Made by a program: the position numbers and the translations under genes. Under the pieces are notes generated by a model. It made no database searches. It was not told the DNA's origin and saw nothing but the letters and a program-made list of their open reading frames with translations. Of a stretch of 64,000 nucleotides of DNA, positions 19,401 to 28,533 are shown one piece after another. The DNA comes from an uncultured Fibrobacteraceae bacterium (GTDB lineage: Bacteria > Krumholzibacteriota > Krumholzibacteriia > LZORAL124-64-63), in the NCBI GenBank assembly GCA_964420395.1, contig CAYQTJ010000001.1, positions 17,006 to 81,005 of the forward strand, in the 5' to 3' direction. Position 1 is the first letter of the stretch, and each line of letters begins with the position of its first letter.

Positions 19401-20542
19401 GCCACCTTCGACAGGCGACACTTCTCGCGGCGCTGCTGGCGCTCGCGTCGGTGGCCGGCTGCGCGCGCAAGGCGCAGCAGGGCCAGTTCAAGATGCCCCC
19501 CATGCCGGTCGAGACGGCGACGGTCGGGCGGCAGACGGTGGCCGACCGCTTCGTCGCGGTGGGCACGCTCGAGGCGGTGAACCAGATCGTCGTCGTGACC
19601 GAGATCGACGGCCAGGTGGTCGCCCTGCCGTTCCACGAGGGGGGCGAGATCCGCCGCGGCGGCCTGATCGCCCAGCTCGACGACGTCCAGCTCAGGGCCG
19701 AGGCCGCGCGCGCGGAGGCGCTGCGCGACCAGCGCCTCGCCAGCTACCAGCGGGTGCGGACGGTCGTGGACCAGGGCGCCGGCTCGCCGCAGGACCTCGA
19801 CGACGCGCAGGCCGCCGTCAGGGTGGCGGAGGCGGATCTCGCCCTGGCCACCGCCCGGCTGGGCAAGACCCGCGTGACCGCGCCGTTCGACGGCACGCTC
19901 GGCGCGCGCCGCGTCAGCGTGGGGCACTACCTGCGCGCCGGCGATGCCGTCACGGAGCTGGCGGGGCTGGCGCAGCTGCGGGTCCGCTTCACGGCGCCGG
20001 AGATCCACATGGCGAAGCTGCGCCGTGGCGCCGCGGTGACGGTGTCCACCCCGGCCTTTCCCGAAGCGATTTTGCAGGGCGAGGTCGAGGTCGTCGAGCC
20101 GGTCGTGGACGCGGGCACGCGCAGCGCCCGCGTGGTGGCGCGCCTGGCCAATCCCGGCAGCCTGCTGCGGCCAGGCATGTCGGCCGACGTGACGGTCGTG
20201 CTGAGCGAGCGTCCGGACGCCCTGGTCGTGCCGGGCGAGGCGATCTTCGCGCAGGGCGAGCAGCAGCTGGTCTACGTGATCAAGCCCGACAGCACCGTCG
20301 CGCCGGCCGCGTTGACGCTCGGGCTGCGCCAGGCGGCGACGGTGGAGGTCCTCGGCGGCGTCGTCCAGGGCGATCTGATCGTCCGGACGGGGCACCAGAA
20401 GCTGTTCCCCGGCGCGAAGGTCCTGCCGCTGCCGGCGGGCGGCGGCGGTCCCGGCGGCCCGGGCGGCGCCCCCCCCGCCGCGGCCGACGGCGCGGCGGAG
20501 GCCGGTGGCGCCGATGCTCCCGCCGGGGGAGAGGCGCGATGA
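19397..20542 (+). CDS. RND efflux periplasmic adaptor (MFP, HlyD_D23-like) lipoprotein
   Basis: The GTG at 19397 overlaps the OMF stop (GTGA). It has the lipobox LASVAGC and the motifs GQVVALPFHEGGEIRRGGLIAQLD and TRVTAPFDGTLGARRVSVGHYL. Confidence 0.85.
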   Translation: MSHLRQATLLAALLALASVAGCARKAQQGQFKMPPMPVETATVGRQTVADRFVAVGTLEAVNQIVVVTEIDGQVVALPFHEGGEIRRGGLIAQLDDVQLRAEAARAEALRDQRLASYQRVRTVVDQGAGSPQDLDDAQAAVRVAEADLALATARLGKTRVTAPFDGTLGARRVSVGHYLRAGDAVTELAGLAQLRVRFTAPEIHMAKLRRGAAVTVSTPAFPEAILQGEVEVVEPVVDAGTRSARVVARLANPGSLLRPGMSADVTVVLSERPDALVVPGEAIFAQGEQQLVYVIKPDSTVAPAALTLGLRQAATVEVLGGVVQGDLIVRTGHQKLFPGAKVLPLPAGGGGPGGPGGAPPAAADGAAEAGGADAPAGGEAR

Positions 20543-23500
20543 AGCTCAGCGAAGTCTCCATCAGGCGGCCGGTCTTCGCCACGGTGATGAGCCTGGCGAT
20601 CGTCCTGCTCGGGGTGATCTCCTTCACCCGGCTGCCGGTGCGCGAGTACCCCGACATCGACCCGCCGATCGTGTCGGTGGTGACCATCTACCGCGGCGCG
20701 AGCCCGAGCGTCGTCGAAACGGAGATCACCGAGATCCTCGAGGAGGAGTTCTCCACGCTCGAGGGCGTGAAATCGCTCTCCTCCTCGAGCCGCGAGCAGG
20801 GCTCCGTCATCACGATCGAGTTCGAACTGAACCGCGACGTCGACGAGGCCTCCAACGACGTGCGCGACCGGGTGTCGCGCGTGAGCGGCCGCCTCCCGCG
20901 CGAGGCCGAGGATCCGACGGTCGAGAAGGTGGACACCAACGCCCAGCCGATCGTCTGGCTGGCGCTCGTCAGCGATCGCCACAGCACCCTCGAGCTGTCG
21001 GAGCTGGCCGATCGCGTCCTCAAGGACAAGCTGCAGCGGCTGCCGGGCGTCGGCTCGGTGTTCATCGGCGGAGAGCGGCGCTATGCCATGCGGGTCTGGC
21101 TCGATCCGCGGCGCCTGGCGGCGCGCGGCCTGACGCCGACGGACGTCGAGCGGGCACTGGCCACGGAGAACGCCGAGATCCCGGCCGGGCGCGTGGAGGG
21201 GTCGCAGCGGGAGTTCTCGGTCCGCACGCGGGGGGACCTGACGGCGCCGACGGAATTCGCGGCGATCATCGTGGCGCGCAACGGCGATGACGTCGTCCGG
21301 CTGGGCGACGTGGCCGAGGTCGAGATCGGTCCCGAGGACGAGCGCTCGGTGACCCGCTTCAACGGGCATCCCGCCATCGGTCTCGGCGTGGTGAAGCAGG
21401 GCAAGGCGAGCACGCTCGAGGTGGCCTCCGCGGTGCGCGAGGCGCTGCCGCTCCTGAGGCAGGAGCTGGCGCCCGGCATGACCCTGGAGGTGGCCTACGA
21501 CTCGTCCCTGTTCATCAGCGAGTCGATCCACGAGGTCAAGGACACCCTGCTGATCGCCATCGCACTGGTGGTCCTGGTCATCCTGGTCTTCCTGAAGAGC
21601 CTGCGCGCGACCATCATCCCGGTGCTGGCGATCCCGATCTCGATCGTGGGCGCGGCCACCGTGGCGCTGGCGCTCGGCTTCACCGTCAACATCCTGACCC
21701 TGCTGGCGCTCGTGCTGGCCATCGGGCTGGTTGTGGACGACGCCATCGTCGTGCTGGAGAACGTCTACCGGCACCTGGAGATGGGCAAGACGCGGCGGCG
21801 CGCCACCTTCGACGCGGCGCAGGAGATCGGGTTCGCGATCGTCTCGACCACGGTGGCGCTGGTGGCGGTGTTCATCCCGCTCTCCTTCCTGACGGGGACG
21901 GTGGGACGGCTCTTCCGCGAATTCGGCATCACCGTGGCGGTGGCGGTCCTGATCTCCGGCTTCGTGGCCCTCACGCTGACGCCGATGCTCTGCTCGCGGC
22001 TGTTGCAGCCGCTGATGGGCCGGCGCGACAGCTGGGCGGAGCGGTCGTTCGAGGCCTTCTTCTCCGGTGTCAACCGGATGTACGAGGCAACCCTGCGCTG
22101 GTGCCTGGGGCACCGCGCGCTGGTGCTCGTGTCGGCCCTGCTGATGATCGGGCTGTCGGTGTTCACGTACCGGTTGCTGCCGCGCGAGCTGGTGCCGACC
22201 GAGGACCGCAGCGCGGCGTTCGGCATCGTGCTGGCGCCCGAGGGCTCGACGCTGGAGTACACGGACAACTACATGCGGCAGGTCGAGGAGCGCCTGCTGC
22301 CGCTGCCGGAACGGGAGGGGCTGTTCAGCGCCATCGGTCTGGGGTTCAACGGCCCGGGGCGGGTCACCGACGGCTTCCTCTTCCTGAACCTCAAGCGCGG
22401 CGAAGAGCGGGAGAAGACGCAGCAGCAGCTCGTGCAGGAGCTGTTTCCGCAACTGCTGGCCATTCCGGGCGTGCTCGCCTTCGTGATCGATCCGCCCAGC
22501 CTCGGCGGCCAGTTCAACTCCTCGCCGGTGGAGTACGTGCTGCAGGCCGAGAGCTACGAGCAGCTGGGCCAGGCGGTCGGCATCATGATGGGCAAGGCCC
22601 AGCAGCTCGGGTACCTGGCGAACCTCGACGTGGACCTGCGGCTGAACAAGCCGCAGCTGGACATCACCATCGATCGCGAGCGGGCGGCCCAGCTCGGCGT
22701 CTCGGTGAGCGAGATCGGCGCCGTGCTCGAGTCGATGCTCGGCGGGCGCGTGGTCGGCAACTTCAAGCGCGGGTCGAAGCAGTACGACGTCGTCGTCCAG
22801 ATGCGTCCCGGCGACCGCGCCACCCCCGACGTCATCCCGGAGATCTGGCTGCGGGGGGGTGCCGGGCTGGTGCAGCTGGCCAACGTGGTGCGGGTGCGGG
22901 AGACGGTGTCCCCGAAGGAGCTGAACCACTACAACCGCGTCCGCTCGGCCACCATCACCGCCAGCCTGACCCCCGGCATGGACCTCGGCACCGCCCTCGA
23001 CGCCCTGGACCGGGTGTGGCGGGAGGACCTGCCGGCCGGGGTCAAGCGCGAGCTGAAGGGGCAGTCGCGCGAGTACCGCGAGTCGCAGGGCAGCCTCACG
23101 CTGCTGTTCGGCCTCGCCGTGGTGTTCATCTTCCTGGTCCTGGCGGCGCAGTTCGAGAGCTTCGTCCACCCCTTCACGATCCTGCTCTCGGTGCCGCTGG
23201 CCGTGGTGGGGGCGCTGATTTCCCTCTTCGCGCTGAAGCAGAGCCTGAACATCTACTCGCAGATCGGCCTGATCATGCTGATCGGCCTCGTCACGAAGAA
23301 CGCCATCCTGATCGTGGAGTACGCCAACCAGCGTCGGGCCCGGGGCGAGCCGATCCGCGAGGCGATCCGCAACGCCGCCGCCATCCGGCTGCGGCCGATC
23401 CTGATGACGTCCTTCTCGACGATCTTCGGCATCCTCCCGATCGCGCTCGGCCTGGGGGCCGGCGGCGAGTCGCGCATGCCCCTCGGCGTGGCGGTCGTGG

Positions 23501-23631
23501 GCGGCATGCTGGCGTCGACCTTCCTCACCCTCGTGCTGGTGCCGGTCGTGTACGACCTGCTGGCGCGCTTCACGAATCCGCACCTGGAGGCGGACGACGA
23601 GCCCGGCCCTCCGGGCGCGCCGGCCGGCTGA
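20539..23631 (+). CDS. Multidrug-type RND permease (HAE1/AcrB family)
   Basis: ATGA overlap with the MFP gene. 1030 aa starting MKLSEVSIRRPVFATVMSLAIVLLG..., with 12-TM AcrB-like organisation. Confidence 0.9.
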   Translation: MKLSEVSIRRPVFATVMSLAIVLLGVISFTRLPVREYPDIDPPIVSVVTIYRGASPSVVETEITEILEEEFSTLEGVKSLSSSSREQGSVITIEFELNRDVDEASNDVRDRVSRVSGRLPREAEDPTVEKVDTNAQPIVWLALVSDRHSTLELSELADRVLKDKLQRLPGVGSVFIGGERRYAMRVWLDPRRLAARGLTPTDVERALATENAEIPAGRVEGSQREFSVRTRGDLTAPTEFAAIIVARNGDDVVRLGDVAEVEIGPEDERSVTRFNGHPAIGLGVVKQGKASTLEVASAVREALPLLRQELAPGMTLEVAYDSSLFISESIHEVKDTLLIAIALVVLVILVFLKSLRATIIPVLAIPISIVGAATVALALGFTVNILTLLALVLAIGLVVDDAIVVLENVYRHLEMGKTRRRATFDAAQEIGFAIVSTTVALVAVFIPLSFLTGTVGRLFREFGITVAVAVLISGFVALTLTPMLCSRLLQPLMGRRDSWAERSFEAFFSGVNRMYEATLRWCLGHRALVLVSALLMIGLSVFTYRLLPRELVPTEDRSAAFGIVLAPEGSTLEYTDNYMRQVEERLLPLPEREGLFSAIGLGFNGPGRVTDGFLFLNLKRGEEREKTQQQLVQELFPQLLAIPGVLAFVIDPPSLGGQFNSSPVEYVLQAESYEQLGQAVGIMMGKAQQLGYLANLDVDLRLNKPQLDITIDRERAAQLGVSVSEIGAVLESMLGGRVVGNFKRGSKQYDVVVQMRPGDRATPDVIPEIWLRGGAGLVQLANVVRVRETVSPKELNHYNRVRSATITASLTPGMDLGTALDALDRVWREDLPAGVKRELKGQSREYRESQGSLTLLFGLAVVFIFLVLAAQFESFVHPFTILLSVPLAVVGALISLFALKQSLNIYSQIGLIMLIGLVTKNAILIVEYANQRRARGEPIREAIRNAAAIRLRPILMTSFSTIFGILPIALGLGAGGESRMPLGVAVVGGMLASTFLTLVLVPVVYDLLARFTNPHLEADDEPGPPGAPAG

Positions 23632-23658
23632 CAGGGGACGGGCGCGGTGCGGTTTCGC

Positions 23659-23686
23659 GGCGGCCGGGGGCGTCACCCCGGCCGCC
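23659..23686 (+). terminator. Stem-loop terminator candidate after the RND operon
   Basis: Perfect 11-bp GC stem (GGCGGCCGGGG / CCCCGGCCGCC) with a 6-nt loop, 28 nt after the stop, followed by CTCTTGTAAT. Confidence 0.5.
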
Positions 23687-23797
23687 CTCTTGTAATCCGG
23701 GCCGAAAACCGGCATGCTCCCCACCCGACCGCGGGTCGCGCCGCGGGCCGGCGGACGCGCCGGCAGGGGGAACCGACAGCCGGGGGGACGGTCGATC

Positions 23798-24493
23798 ATG
23801 GGCAGCCGCGCGCGCAGCCTCTTCGTTCTCATCCTGCTCGCCGCGGGGCTGGGGGGGCCGGCCGCGGCGGTCGCCGGGGCGGAAGCGCCGCCGGCCGCCG
23901 GGCCGGGCGATGCGGCGCCGCCGGCCCGGATCGCGCTGCCGGCTCCGCGCACGACCGGCGGCATGCCGCTGCTCGACGCCCTGCGCCTGCGTCATTCGGA
24001 GCGGGATTTCGGCGACCGCATGCTGCCGCCCCAGCTCCTGTCCGACCTGCTCTGGGCCGCCTGCGGGATCAACCGGGCCGGAGTCGGCAAGCGCACCGCC
24101 CCGACCGCGCGCAACTGGCAGGAGATCGACCTCTACGTGGCCCTGCCGGGCGGCGTCTACCGGTACGACGCCGTGGCGCACGCCCTCGAGCCGGTGGCGG
24201 GGGGCGACCTGCGCGGCGTGACCGGCACGCAGCCGTACGTGGCCGTGGCGCCGGTGAACCTGGTCTACGTGGCGGAGACCGCCCGCATGGAGGGGGCGAA
24301 GCCGGAGCAGTTTGAGGCCTACGCGGCCGCGGACGCGGCCTTCATCGCCCAGAACGTCTACCTGTTCTGCGCCTCCGAGGGGCTCGCCACCGTGGTGCGC
24401 GCCTCGATCGACCGGCCGGCCCTGGCGCTGGCCTTCGGCCTGCGGTCCGGCCAGCGCGTCGCGCTGGCGCAGACCGTCGGCTATCCGAGATAG
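23798..24493 (+). CDS. Nitroreductase-family (SagB-type-like) protein with an N-terminal signal-like peptide
   Basis: Internal ATG at 23798 (MGSRARSLFVLILLAAGLGGPAAAVAGAEA). Contains LRHSERDF, LLWAACGINR and a C-terminal nitroreductase-fold pattern. Confidence 0.75.
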   Translation: MGSRARSLFVLILLAAGLGGPAAAVAGAEAPPAAGPGDAAPPARIALPAPRTTGGMPLLDALRLRHSERDFGDRMLPPQLLSDLLWAACGINRAGVGKRTAPTARNWQEIDLYVALPGGVYRYDAVAHALEPVAGGDLRGVTGTQPYVAVAPVNLVYVAETARMEGAKPEQFEAYAAADAAFIAQNVYLFCASEGLATVVRASIDRPALALAFGLRSGQRVALAQTVGYPR

Positions 24494-24508
24494 GGCGGGC
24501 GCGGCGGG

Positions 24509-25141
24509 ATGACGCAGCGCAAGGCACCCGCCGGGCCGGCGGCCCCCCCGACGCCGGGACGCTGCGCCTGGGCGCGCAACGAGCGCCTCGCCGCCTACCA
24601 CGACGCCGAGTGGGGCGTGCCGCTGCGCGACGAGCGGGCGCTGTTCGAGTTCCTGGTGCTCGAGGGGGCGCAGGCCGGCCTCAGCTGGGACCTCGTGCTG
24701 TCCCGGCGCGCCGCCTACCGCGAGGCGTTCGACGGCTTCGACCCGGCGCGCGTGGCGCGTTACACGGAGCGCCGCGTGGAGTCGCTGCTCGGGAACCCGG
24801 GCCTGATCCGCAACCGGCTCAAGATCGCCTCCGCGGTCACGAACGCGCGCGCGTTCCTGCGGGTGCAGGACGAATTCGGCGGGTTCGCCGCGTACCAGTG
24901 GGCATTCGTGGGCGGCGTCCCGCGCCAGAACGCCTGGCGCGCGCTCGCCGAGATCCCCGCGCGCACCGCCGAGTCCGACGCCCTGAGCCGCGACCTGATC
25001 CGGCGCGGCTTCAAGTTCGTCGGCTCGACCATCGTCTACGCGCACATGCAGGCGGTCGGCATGGTGAACGACCACACCGTGGATTGTCGCCGCCACGCCG
25101 AGCTCGGCGGCCGCGCGCCGTCGCGGCGACGGGGAGGCTGA
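24509..25141 (+). CDS. tag: DNA-3-methyladenine glycosylase I
   Basis: 210 aa with CAW....Y.AYHD.EWGVP..DERALFEFLVLEGAQAGLSW and the C-terminal H..DC zinc motif typical of Tag. Confidence 0.9.
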   Translation: MTQRKAPAGPAAPPTPGRCAWARNERLAAYHDAEWGVPLRDERALFEFLVLEGAQAGLSWDLVLSRRAAYREAFDGFDPARVARYTERRVESLLGNPGLIRNRLKIASAVTNARAFLRVQDEFGGFAAYQWAFVGGVPRQNAWRALAEIPARTAESDALSRDLIRRGFKFVGSTIVYAHMQAVGMVNDHTVDCRRHAELGGRAPSRRRGG

Positions 25142-25142
25142 G

Positions 25143-26858
25143 GTGGCGCCGTCGCGGGAGGCGCGGCCGCTGCCGGCGGTCTGGTTGCGGGCGGCCGTGC
25201 TCGGCAGCATCTGGGCGGCGGTCGAGATCGTCCTGGGCAGCTTCCTGCACAACGTGCGCTTTCCCCTGACAGGCGCGGCGCTCTCCGCGATCGGGGTCTG
25301 CCTCTGCGTCTCGGGCAGCCGGCTCTGGCCCGATCGGGGGCTGATCTGGCGCGCCGGCGTGGTCTGCGCCCTGCTCAAGTCGCTCTCGCCCAGCGCGGTG
25401 ATCTTCGGCCCGATGATCGCGATCGCGGCGGAGGGCTTCCTGCTCGAGGCGGGGGTGCGGCTGCTGGGCCGCAACGCCGTCGGGTGGCTGGTGGGCGGCG
25501 CCCTGGCCACGCTCGAGCCGCTGGCGCACAAGGCGGCCGGCCTGCTGGTCACCTACGGGCCGGATGCCGGGCGGCTCTACGTGGCGCTCTGCGCCTTCGC
25601 CGCCCGCGTGCTGCGGGTGGAGGCGCTCGGGCCGGGGAACCTCCTGGCGGCGCTGGCGGGGCTGAGTGCCCTGGCCGGCCTGCTGGCGGCGTGGCTCGGC
25701 ATGGCGGTGGGACGGAGCGCCGCCGCGACCCCGGCCGCGGCGCTGCCGGCGGCGTCCGGCGCCGCGCGCGATCCGTTCGCCGCGACCGGGCAGCGCTACG
25801 CCCCGTTCCTGCTGGCGGTCCACGCCGCGGCGCTGGCGGGGGGGGTGGCGGCGCTGGCGCGCCTGCCGCTGGCGGTGTCGGCCGGCGCGATCCTCGTCTA
25901 CCTCGGGCTCGCCCTCGCGCGCTACCCGCGCCTGCGCGCGCGGCTGGCGCGCCCGCGGCTCTGGGTGGAGATCGTGGCGGTGTCGCTGCTGGCGGGGCTG
26001 GTGCTGGGCCGGCTGTCGGGCAGGGGCGGGGCGGCGGGGCTCGTGACCGGCACGACCATGGCGCTGCGCGCGATGCTGGTCGTGACCGCCTTCGCCGCGG
26101 TGGGGATCGAACTGCGCAACCCGGCGGTCCTGCGGCGCTGCCTGGGCGGGCCGCTGGGGCGCCTGCCGGAGGCGCTCGGCATCGCCTTCGAGGCGCTGCC
26201 GGTGATGACCGCCCTGCTCGGCGACCAGCGGCGCCTGTTGCGCCACCCCGTGCAGGTGCTCGGCGGGGTGCTGGCCGGGGGGGCCGCCTGGCTGGAGCGG
26301 ATGGCGGTCGCTCCCGGGCGGGGCGCCGCGGTGGTGGTCCTGACCGGGGACCGCGGCGCGGGCAAGACCACGCTGCTGCTCGGCCTGGCCGACCGCCTGC
26401 GCGCCGCGGGGCTGTCGGTGGGGGGGATCGCCGCCCCGGTCGTCCTCGCCGACGGGGGCCGCGCCGGCTACGACGTCGTCGCCCTGGCCACCGGCGCCCG
26501 GGCGCCGCTCTGCCGGACGGAGGGTGACGCGGCGGAACCGGCCGTCGGGCCGTTCCGGTTCCGCGCCGAGGGGCTCGCGCTGGGGCTCGCGGCGCTGGCG
26601 GCGGCGGACCGCTGCGACGTCGTCCTGGTCGACGAGATCGGCCCGCTGGAGCTGCGGGGGGAGGGGTGGGCGCAGGCGCTGCCGCCGCTCCTGGCGCGCG
26701 ACGGCGCCGTGGTCGTGCTGGCGGTGCGCCCCGCCCTGGCCGGACCGGTGACGTCCCGCTGGGACCTGCGTCCCCGCCTGACCTGGCGGGCCGGCGCCCT
26801 GACGCCGGAGGCGGCGACCGCGGCGCTGCGCGCCCTGCGCGCGGAGGGGACGACATGA
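25143..26858 (+). CDS. Fusion protein: polytopic membrane domain plus C-terminal THEP1/DUF2478-type P-loop NTPase
   Basis: The GTG at 25143 lies 5 nt after GGAGG. About 380 aa contain many hydrophobic helices. The C-terminal part has VVVLTGDRGAGKTTLL (Walker A), VLVDEIGPLELRG (Walker B-like) and VVVLAVRP. Confidence 0.65.
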   Translation: MAPSREARPLPAVWLRAAVLGSIWAAVEIVLGSFLHNVRFPLTGAALSAIGVCLCVSGSRLWPDRGLIWRAGVVCALLKSLSPSAVIFGPMIAIAAEGFLLEAGVRLLGRNAVGWLVGGALATLEPLAHKAAGLLVTYGPDAGRLYVALCAFAARVLRVEALGPGNLLAALAGLSALAGLLAAWLGMAVGRSAAATPAAALPAASGAARDPFAATGQRYAPFLLAVHAAALAGGVAALARLPLAVSAGAILVYLGLALARYPRLRARLARPRLWVEIVAVSLLAGLVLGRLSGRGGAAGLVTGTTMALRAMLVVTAFAAVGIELRNPAVLRRCLGGPLGRLPEALGIAFEALPVMTALLGDQRRLLRHPVQVLGGVLAGGAAWLERMAVAPGRGAAVVVLTGDRGAGKTTLLLGLADRLRAAGLSVGGIAAPVVLADGGRAGYDVVALATGARAPLCRTEGDAAEPAVGPFRFRAEGLALGLAALAAADRCDVVLVDEIGPLELRGEGWAQALPPLLARDGAVVVLAVRPALAGPVTSRWDLRPRLTWRAGALTPEAATAALRALRAEGTT

Positions 26859-27328
26859 GCGCGGCGGCGATCGTCGTGGGGTTGATTTCGGACACGCACG
26901 GGCTGCTGCGCCCCGAGGCGGTGGCGGCGCTCGCCGGCAGCGACCTGATCGTGCACGCCGGCGACATCGTCGGCGCGCACGTGCTCGACGAGCTGCGCCG
27001 GCTCGCCCCGCTCCACGCCGTCCGCGGCAACTGCGACGGCGCGTGGGCCCGGGCGCTGCCGGAGGAGGAGACGATCGCCGTCGGCGGGCTGCTGCTCCAC
27101 GTGCGCCACGATCTCGCCCGGCTCGCGCTGAACCCGGTCGCGGCCGGGGTGGCGGTGGTCGTCAGCGGACACACCCACCGGCCCGAGGTGGCGCGCCGCG
27201 GCGGCGTGCTCTACGTCAACCCGGGTGGCGCCGGCCCGCGCCGCTTCGCCCTGCCGGCGACCGTGGCGAGCCTGAGCATCGCCGACGGCGCGGCGGAGGC
27301 CCGGATCGTGAAGCTGGCGGGGGGCTGA
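26855..27328 (+). CDS. YfcE/MJ0936-family metallophosphoesterase
   Basis: ATGA overlap with the upstream gene. Motifs are ISDTHG, HAGDIV, VRGNCD and VSGHTH. Confidence 0.85.
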   Translation: MSAAAIVVGLISDTHGLLRPEAVAALAGSDLIVHAGDIVGAHVLDELRRLAPLHAVRGNCDGAWARALPEEETIAVGGLLLHVRHDLARLALNPVAAGVAVVVSGHTHRPEVARRGGVLYVNPGGAGPRRFALPATVASLSIADGAAEARIVKLAGG

Positions 27329-27532
27329 GGCGGCCGCGCCGGCGCCGGCCGCCGCGGCGGGCCGTCATCCGGTCCGCGGGACGGGAAGGGCCCCGCCAGC
27401 ACCAGCCCAGGCTCGCCCAACCCAGGTCAGCACCGACAGGGCCCCCTTCAGCGCGTCCTCGACGCCCGGGGGATCATACGTCAGGCACAGTCTCACCAGA
27501 TGATGCTACGGCAAAAAAATCCGGCCCCCGCC

Positions 27533-28513
27533 TCAGGCCCCGTACTGGCCGCCGGCGAGGCGCAGTTCGCGGGCCACCGCCTCCCGCAGCGGCGCCGGCG
27601 CGACGACCTCGACCGCGGCGCCGTGGCGCAGCACCTCCATGATCAGCTCCGTGGGATTCGTGAAGGGGAACCGCAACTCGTAGCGGCCGTCGGCGAGGGT
27701 GGCGCCGGACTGCTGCGGGTGCCACGCCTCGTCCCGGACCCAGCGCGCGCGCTCGGCGCTGAAGCGGAGCACCGCGGTGCGCTCGCGCCCGGTCCGGCCG
27801 GTCGCGGGGAAGATGCCGAACCCGGCGCCGAGCATCGCCTCGATCTCCGGCGCCGGTACGCTGCGCGCACGGCCCGGCAGCAGCTCCGCGCGCCGGATGC
27901 GGTCGCAGGCGAAGACCCGCGACTCGCGCGACTGGCGGCACCAGGCGAGCAGGTACCAGTTGTCGCGGTGGAACAGCAGGCGCAGCGGGTCGATCTCGCG
28001 CTCCGTCACCCGGTCGTTGTAGCGCGCGTGATAGGCGATGCGGAGCCGGCGCCGCTTCATGACCGCCTCGGCGACCCGCCGGAACACGCCGGGCGAGCCG
28101 GCCCGCGCGCCCATCGGCTGCAGCGCCACGCGTCCGGCGACCTGCCTGGGATCGTAACCGTGGTTCGCCAGAAGTTCCTGCAGGCGCTTGCGGATCGACT
28201 CCAGCCCGAAGGCGAGGATCCCCTCCTGCAGACCGTCGAGGATCTCGGAGGCGGCCAGCAGCCCCCACAGCTCCCCCTCGCTCAGCCAGAAGCCGGGCAG
28301 TTCGAAGCGCCCCGCGGTCTGGTCATAGGCGTAGCCGGCGGGCGGCCCCCGCCGGTACAGGAGCGGCGCCTCGAGGAAGTCGCGCAGGTACTGGAGGTCG
28401 CGCATCAGCGTGGCGCGCGACACTTCGAGTTCCTCCTGCAGGCGCCGCGCCGGCACCGGCCGCCCCCGTGACAGCTGCCGGTGGATCTTGTAGAGACGTT
28501 CGAGCCGGTCCAT
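27533..28513 (-). CDS. HTH + WYL-domain transcriptional regulator (YafY-like)
   Basis: 326 aa from ATG 28513. It has an N-terminal wHTH (RRLQEELEVSRATLMRDLQYLRD), the WYL motif FHRDNWYLLAWC and a C-terminal WCX-like segment. Confidence 0.85.
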   Translation of the reverse strand: MDRLERLYKIHRQLSRGRPVPARRLQEELEVSRATLMRDLQYLRDFLEAPLLYRRGPPAGYAYDQTAGRFELPGFWLSEGELWGLLAASEILDGLQEGILAFGLESIRKRLQELLANHGYDPRQVAGRVALQPMGARAGSPGVFRRVAEAVMKRRRLRIAYHARYNDRVTEREIDPLRLLFHRDNWYLLAWCRQSRESRVFACDRIRRAELLPGRARSVPAPEIEAMLGAGFGIFPATGRTGRERTAVLRFSAERARWVRDEAWHPQQSGATLADGRYELRFPFTNPTELIMEVLRHGAAVEVVAPAPLREAVARELRLAGGQYGA

Positions 28514-28533
28514 GCCGCTCCCCTCCGCGCAGG

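Noticed and set aside
17672-23964. Alternative-frame and antisense ORFs across the second RND operon: 17781-19421(-), 19307-20395(-), the 5' part of 19369-23631(+), 20272-23964(-) and 22101-24221(+).
   Set aside because: These are shadow ORFs, Arg/Pro/Gly-rich. The in-frame internal starts at 19397 and 20539 give canonical MFP and AcrB-like N-termini with start/stop overlaps.
27511-27550. The A7 tract (T7 on the minus strand) just downstream of the WYL-regulator stop as an intrinsic terminator.
   Set aside because: I could not find a convincing stem immediately upstream of the U-tract; there are only 5-bp distal pairings with a large loop.
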